A DNA stretch of 64,000 nt from assembly GCF_009914755.1 (NCBI RefSeq), contig NC_060942.1; one strand, given 5' to 3'. Under the pieces are notes generated by a model. It did not search any database and was not told the origin of the DNA. It saw only the letters and a program-made list of their open reading frames with translations. The position numbers were made by a program, and so were the translations under genes. This stretch comes from the human T2T-CHM13v2.0 reference genome, Homo sapiens. Below are positions 57,534-64,000 of the stretch, piece by piece. Numbering within the stretch: position 1 is the first letter of the stretch; every line of letters starts with the position of its first letter.

Positions 57534-59942
57534 TCTTGATCTTTCAATGGGAGACACATTCCTTTGTTAGTGTTGTGTGTAACTACATTTAATAACAACT
57601 CATGTGAAAAGTGATATCTTACTCAGTAATATTTAATTAGACTTGAAAAAAGCAAGTTACCACCAACATGTAGAATAAATCCTATCTAAGGAATAAGGAG
57701 GCTGTACCCACATTCTTGGTTTTTCAGAGACTTATAAGGTGATGCCGCACAAATAATATAACCACTCAAGGTTTCTCTTTCCTTATCTATCAGTTATAAC
57801 ACTTATTCTACTCTCTAAAAGACAAAACAAAGACTTGAACCAGCTCACTCACGTCTGTGCAAGTGCTTTAATGAAACGTTACGTATTACTTTACCTCGAC
57901 ACACTTTTCTTTTTTTAATCCACTAATTCTTCACATTTTTCAAAGTGGAAAAAAAGCAGGAAACGGGAGCTTAAAAATAGAAGGGGTTATCTTCCAAGAG
58001 GCTGGAAAGTGTCCTAGGGGCCAAACAGCCGAATGGGATTTGCTCTCAGGCAGGCTGGCTGTGGCACGTGTTGATTTTCTTAAACTTTAAGAACCCACTA
58101 ACTTCAGCTAATAATGTCTGGGATTATAGCACCCAAAATGTCACGATCTACTGTATTCACCTGTCTATTGTCCTTTCTCACATTTTTGCACCCTACATGA
58201 TACTTGGCAAAATCCTTCCTGGCTTTCTCCTTTAGGTGTCACTCTCAAGAATGTGAAGTTATACTGCAAAATGTGCAGCCTGAAGCATCAGAGGTTAGAG
58301 GCAAAAATCTCTATCCTGCTAATAAAGTTTCAAACTGAAGGACTCGCCAGTCCCTCTGAGATTTTGTTTTATGTAAATACTCCTGCCTCCTGGAGAGTCC
58401 TCCCTTATGACTTTGTTAGAAAGGCCATATATTTCCAGATTTCATTTAGGGAAAGCATTTGTTCATTCAGGGAAAGAGAAAAACTAATTCCCTGAGGCAC
58501 ACTGACATTGATGAGAAATAAAGCCAGAGCCCAACAAGGAGGCGAGACCAGGAGAACTCCAGCAAAGTAGAATGAAAGTCACAAGATGTTTTAACTGCAT
58601 ACAAGGAAAAGGGTGGAACCTTCTGAGAAACGGATCCACCTACTGGAAACTTCTCATGAACTGTATTTTTTAGGGACAGAGGAAGTAAGAGGAGGTTTTC
58701 TCTGGAGGGACAGCTTCTAGGGTCTTCAGAGCCAAAATTTTGGCCCAGTCTTTCTGGGTAAAGAGGGTTAAGTCTGTGTGAAGCAGCATCAACTGGCTGG
58801 AAAACTATTTGACCTTCACTGGATCGTCAGTCATTCTTTTGCTTGAGTGGCTGAATGAAGAGTATGTCATTCTGTCATAGCAAAAATCTGGAGAAGGGGA
58901 AAAAAATTAAATCGATCCTCTCCATCTCAGAAAGGCTTAGTTTCGTTGGCATCTAACTGACACAAATACTCTTTGCTAGGTTTCTGTTTGCTGATAGTAA
59001 TTAAATATTCCTGTCTCTGGCTTCACAGCCAAACACCCTGGCTGACGACGAGGACAGTATGCTCCACTTTTAAAGGACAGGGTTGGAAATTTGCTTATTC
59101 TAAATGCCTCTGATTATAGACATGTATATGTATGTCTGGGTTCTCTCTCTTTCTCTTTCTAAAATCTATTCCACTCACCAGATGCAAAAAACTCTTAACA
59201 AAACAATAAAATTTATAATGTGCAATACATTGACATTTGTAGTCCTATATTAGCTGTTAATTAGAGCTTATCCATAGACTAATCTGGATTTCAAATTAAT
59301 AATTTAAGCAGTTTACCAACTTACAGATTTTTAGTTATTTATTAAAGCATTTAAAAATGAATTTAAAAAGGAAGAAAAGAGGAGAGTAATAGAGATCTAG
59401 GTGACAAGGACTATTGTAATTTTGCCACAAATTGTTCCAACTGAGAGGCATTGATTGCCTTGCCTTTGTTTGTTTGCTGGCTTGCTTCTGTTTGTACCTC
59501 ACCACCTCCCTGAAGTAAGATGGCAATGAAATGGTACTGTGGCTGACCTTAGTTTTTTCCCCAGACAATGGTAAGATATGGAGACTTTCCTCCCTTAAGA
59601 AAAGAGTGAATAGCAATTGTCTTGTGTGCCTTTCAATAACTAGTAAGATTAACCCCAGAGAAACCTCCTGTAGCCGAGACATTGATTGTTCTTTCTCATC
59701 TGGGCCAGAGTCTATTTGAGGAGACTCAGCCCCATCTTTAAAAGGGAAGGGGGTAAGGTAGAGGTCAGGAGTTAGGCAGTCTCATTTTCTTCTTTAGAAT
59801 TCCTGTGCTCAGGACAGGTCTCTCCACACAGTCTAGCTGGGAATTGGGGCCATCACCCAGAGACTTGAGAACCTAAAAATGCTTTATTTAGAGACTTATA
59901 TACTTTAGGGAGTTTTGCTTTTTATTTCTTGCTTCAACTTAC

Positions 59943-60015
59943 CTGAAGGACTCCATTCTGTTTTGCTACAACTGATCAAACAACAGTCTTCTTACGTTAT
60001 CCAAAAAATGAATGT
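59943..60015 (-). other. Candidate 73-nt exon with strong splice sites
   Basis: Minus strand: tttctgctgctttgtttcAG|ACATTC...AGAATGGAGTCCTTCAG|GTAAGT. All frames stop before the ATG. Confidence 0.35.
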
Positions 60016-61716
60016 CTGAAACAAAGCAGCAGAAATCCAAGGAATATCTTGAATAATTCTAGGTGCTAGATAAATGAAATTAAGATTGTCAAGGTCTCAA
60101 AAATGAGTCTTTTCTTTTTCCCTCTTTTTTCCTTTTGTTATTTTGATTTATACAATTTTAGAAACTTTTTCATTCTGATAGAAGGTATGTGAATTAGACA
60201 GTTGGAACAGCCAAAGTGTCTTTTGGAGCATCTTTCTTGTCAATATTCAAATAAAAAACATTTATGATGACCTATTAAGGTTTTAGGGCTCTTGTTAACT
60301 TTAGAAGTTACAGCAATGTGAATCGATAATATAAACATGCACAATTCAAGCCATTGTGTTAAGAAGATTTGATATTTGGTCTGAGTTGGGAAGTAATTAG
60401 TATTTAAAAAAAAAAAGACAGGGGAGTTGTGTGTGCAGTCCTTTCCCTTTACTAAGATAGCCACAGAGCTAAATCATCTGGATATGATCTATTTCTTACC
60501 TGCTGACTTTATAAATAGATTTGTATTTATCAGGCTAAGTTTTGTTCATATCTATGCTTATATGTATAATATCTTGTCTCTGATCTTCATTACCACCCTG
60601 AAAGTTGATATTCATCAGGTTAGATTGTCAAAGTTGGGCACAGCTTATAAGTGACCCATGTTGCTTTGAAGTCAATATTATTCCAATGCACCATGCTACT
60701 CAGACATAATGATGTGGCATGGAAGTAAACATATGTGTTTAAAGAATGGCAAGGACTCCATGGGGGCTAGGTTGAGCATATATGTTGGAGAACAGCCAAG
60801 TTAAGTTTGAACAGAAGGATTAGGGTCAGTTAAGGAAGCTCTTCAAATACAAGAGGTGAAGAATGAACTCTATTCTGAAGGCTATAGAGGGTCATTTAAG
60901 TAAGACGATGGTGTGAATACTACTGAGATCATAAAGAATATAAATATTTCAATGTAACTTTCATTTTTCATACATAGGCACCTATGTAGAGCCAATAATA
61001 TAATAATTACTAGTCAATAACACATGAAATAACACATGGAATTCAGTCATAAATCTTTTTACTAGACTAATTAAAAAGTAAACTAGGAGCCACAATCAGT
61101 TCTATTCATGGATTAGACTTCATTGATCCATTTTGATGCCAGAGGCAGGATTTGAACCTAAGTTCTTTTCATTTCTAGATACTCATTAAACAATTATATC
61201 TTAAGTACCAGCCATGTGCAACAAACATATGTTAAGTACCTGCTATTCACAACAAACTTATATTGAACACACGCTATAAAATTGGATGCTTTATAGATAT
61301 CAAGAAGCGTAAAATAATGCCTCTCTTTCAAAATGCTTAAAATCTTGCTGCAGGTATTAGACTTAGTCATTTGAAAGCTTTATTAATAATAAAAGAGCAA
61401 TAGAGTTTCACTAGTAAAAATATAAGGAAATACGTAATTATGTAGCAAGTAATGGTTCAGATAATATTAACTAAGTTGCCCACTATAGCAAATTATCTCC
61501 CATGTTCAAAGGGAAGATTCTATATACCTGTTACGAATGTCAGAATGTTAAATGAATAAACTTAGCAGACATTCAAATTGGATGCTTAAAGTGTTTCTAA
61601 CCAATATATTACCAATATATTACAATTGCATGAAACCAAATCTGAAAATTTATACATCTATCTGGTGAGTTCCAAGTGAAGAGAATGTTACTTTTTTATT
61701 TAGGCACTTGACTTTA

Positions 61717-62070
<354 letters not shown>

Positions 62071-62775
62071 CTACTGATATTTGGACCTATTCTCTAGCCA
62101 TAAATGGACTCTGAGAAGTGTTCATTACTGCCTCTGGTTTCCCCTTCAAGTTCAGTCTATCCATTTTGACTGAAGTCACCCCTTCCTGGATCTCACATAT
62201 GATCACATGTGCTTGTGTAAGTCAGCTCATCTTCCATCTAGACAGTAAGGTCATCACTGTACCCATGGTGGAACAACCACTTTACCAAAGGAAGCATCTC
62301 ACAAATGAAGAAACCACTCCCAACCACCTCCTCTGCAGAAAAGAAAAGCAGGTCATCCAAGTCATGTCCCATCTCAAATCTAAATCTAGCTCTATGTATT
62401 GGATTAGAGGGTGGCTATATATTATAAGGGGCATTAGAGAGGTACTCACATCCCTAAATAATCTGCAAAAGTGTGCTTCCCTGCAGTCAGAAGTCCATGC
62501 ATTAGTAATCCTTGCATAAGACACAGATTTAAATGCAAATCTCCTCCCTATAGAGAGACATCCCTGCACATTAGCAACTTCAATTTTTGATTCACATAAA
62601 ACCTACAGTTAGATGTCTCCTATAAGCTAGACAATTTTTAACAGGATTCAAGAACCAGGAAAGAAAATGTGACCAACATTATTGCTTGAGAGAGAAGAGC
62701 TTATTTGGGAGGTCCAAATAAGAGAATTTGCCAGGGTTCACAAGACCATTCATTAGCTGTCTAGGAAAGGAGGCA

Positions 62776-63768
62776 TTTTTATTTTTTATTTTTAACTTTT
62801 ATTTTAAGTTCAAGGGTACATGTGCAGGTTTGTTACATAGGTAAACTTGTGTCATGGGGGTTTGTTGTATAGATTATTTCATTACCCAGGTATTAGTACT
62901 CATTAGTTATTTTTCCTGATCATCTCCCTCCTCCCACCCTCCACCCTCCAATAAGCCCCAGTATCTATGTGTCCATGTGTTGTCATCATTTGGCTCCAAT
63001 TTATAGGTGAGAACATGTAGTATTTTGTTTTCTGTTCCTGTATTAGTTTGCTAAGGATAATAGCCAACAGCTCCATCTATGTCCCTGCAAAGGACATAAT
63101 CTCATTCTTTTTTATGGCTGTGTAGTATTTCATGGTGTATATGTACCAAATTTTCTTTATTCGGTCTATCACCAATGGCATTTAGGTTGATTCCATGTCT
63201 TTGCTATTGTGAATAGTGTTGCAGTGAACATATGTGTGCATGTGTTTTTATAGTAGAATGATTTATATTCCTTTGGATATATATCCAGTAATGGGATTGC
63301 TGGGTCAAATTGTATTTCTGCCTCTCGGTCTTTGAGGAATCACCACACACTGTCTGCCACAATAGTTGAAGTAATTTACACTCCCACCATCAGTGTATAA
63401 GTGTTCGTTTTTCTCCATAACCTCTCCATCTTCTGTTATTTTTTGACTTTTTAATAATAGACATTCTGACTTGTGTGAGATAACATCTCACTGTGGTTTT
63501 GATTTGCATTTCTCCAATGATCACTGATGTGGAGCCTTTTTTATATGATTATTAGCTGAATGTATGTTTTCTTTTGAAAAGTATTCATGTTCGTTGCCCA
63601 CTTTTTAATGGGGTTGTTTTTTTTTCATCTTTTAAATTTAAGTTTCTTATAGATGCCAGATATTACACCTTTGTTGAAAGTACAGTTTGCAAAATTTTTA
63701 TCCCATTCTGTAGTTTAGACAAACTCTATTGACAGTTTCTTTTGTTGTGCAGAAGCTTTTTAGTTTCC
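62776..63768 (-). mobile_element. Primate L1 (old L1PA/L1PB) 3' segment
   Basis: ttttaacttttattttaagttcaagggtacatgtgcagg...ccagtaatgggattgctgggtc...gtgcagaagctttttagttt. Confidence 0.96.
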
Positions 63769-64000
63769 ATACACCAACAACAGTCAAGCCAAGAGCCAAA
63801 TTGGGAATGAACTCTCATTCACAACTGTCATGACACACACACACACACACACACACAATACCTAGGAATACAGCTAACCAAAGAGGTGAAAGATCTATAA
63901 ACCACTGCTCAAAGAAATCAGAGATGACACAAACAAATGGAAAAACATTCCATGCTCATGAGTACAAACAATCATTATCATTAAAATGCCCAAATTGCCC
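63769..64000 (+). mobile_element. Inverted L1 ORF2 segment (continues beyond the window)
   Basis: atacaccaacaacagtcaagccaagagccaa...aatacctaggaatacagctaacc...acaaacaaatggaaaaacattccatgctcatg, with (CA)n at ~63833-63856. Confidence 0.93.

Noticed and set aside
61599-61625. 11-bp tandem duplication accaatatatt (similar ones at ~61019 and ~48227)
   Set aside because: These are ordinary slippage microduplications.

Overview
AT-rich, CpG-depleted primate genomic DNA. AluY, AluS, AluJ, L1P, THE1/MST and MER1B elements point to human or another ape or Old World monkey. The window is gene-poor and looks intergenic or deep-intronic. No ORF in the track resembles a host protein: they are low-complexity, Alu-derived, L1 ORF2 remnants or chance ORFs. 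Much of the window is interspersed repeat (Alus, L1s, L2/MIR, MaLR and ERVL LTRs, Tigger3, MER1B, MER5A, MER91), many with visible target-site duplications (TSDs). Subfamily names come from recalled consensus sequences, not a search. I found no evidence of a new multi-gene system. The most interesting signals are: a layered local duplication with AT minisatellites and a fold-back (1-2.9 kb); a 3'UTR-only retrocopy (46.0-46.4 kb); a templated palindromic insertion in an AluY (45.08 kb); a twin-primed L1 at the window end; a small CpG/GC-box/CCAAT promoter-like element (43.3 kb); and a few splice-site-flanked candidate exons. I could not identify a host gene.
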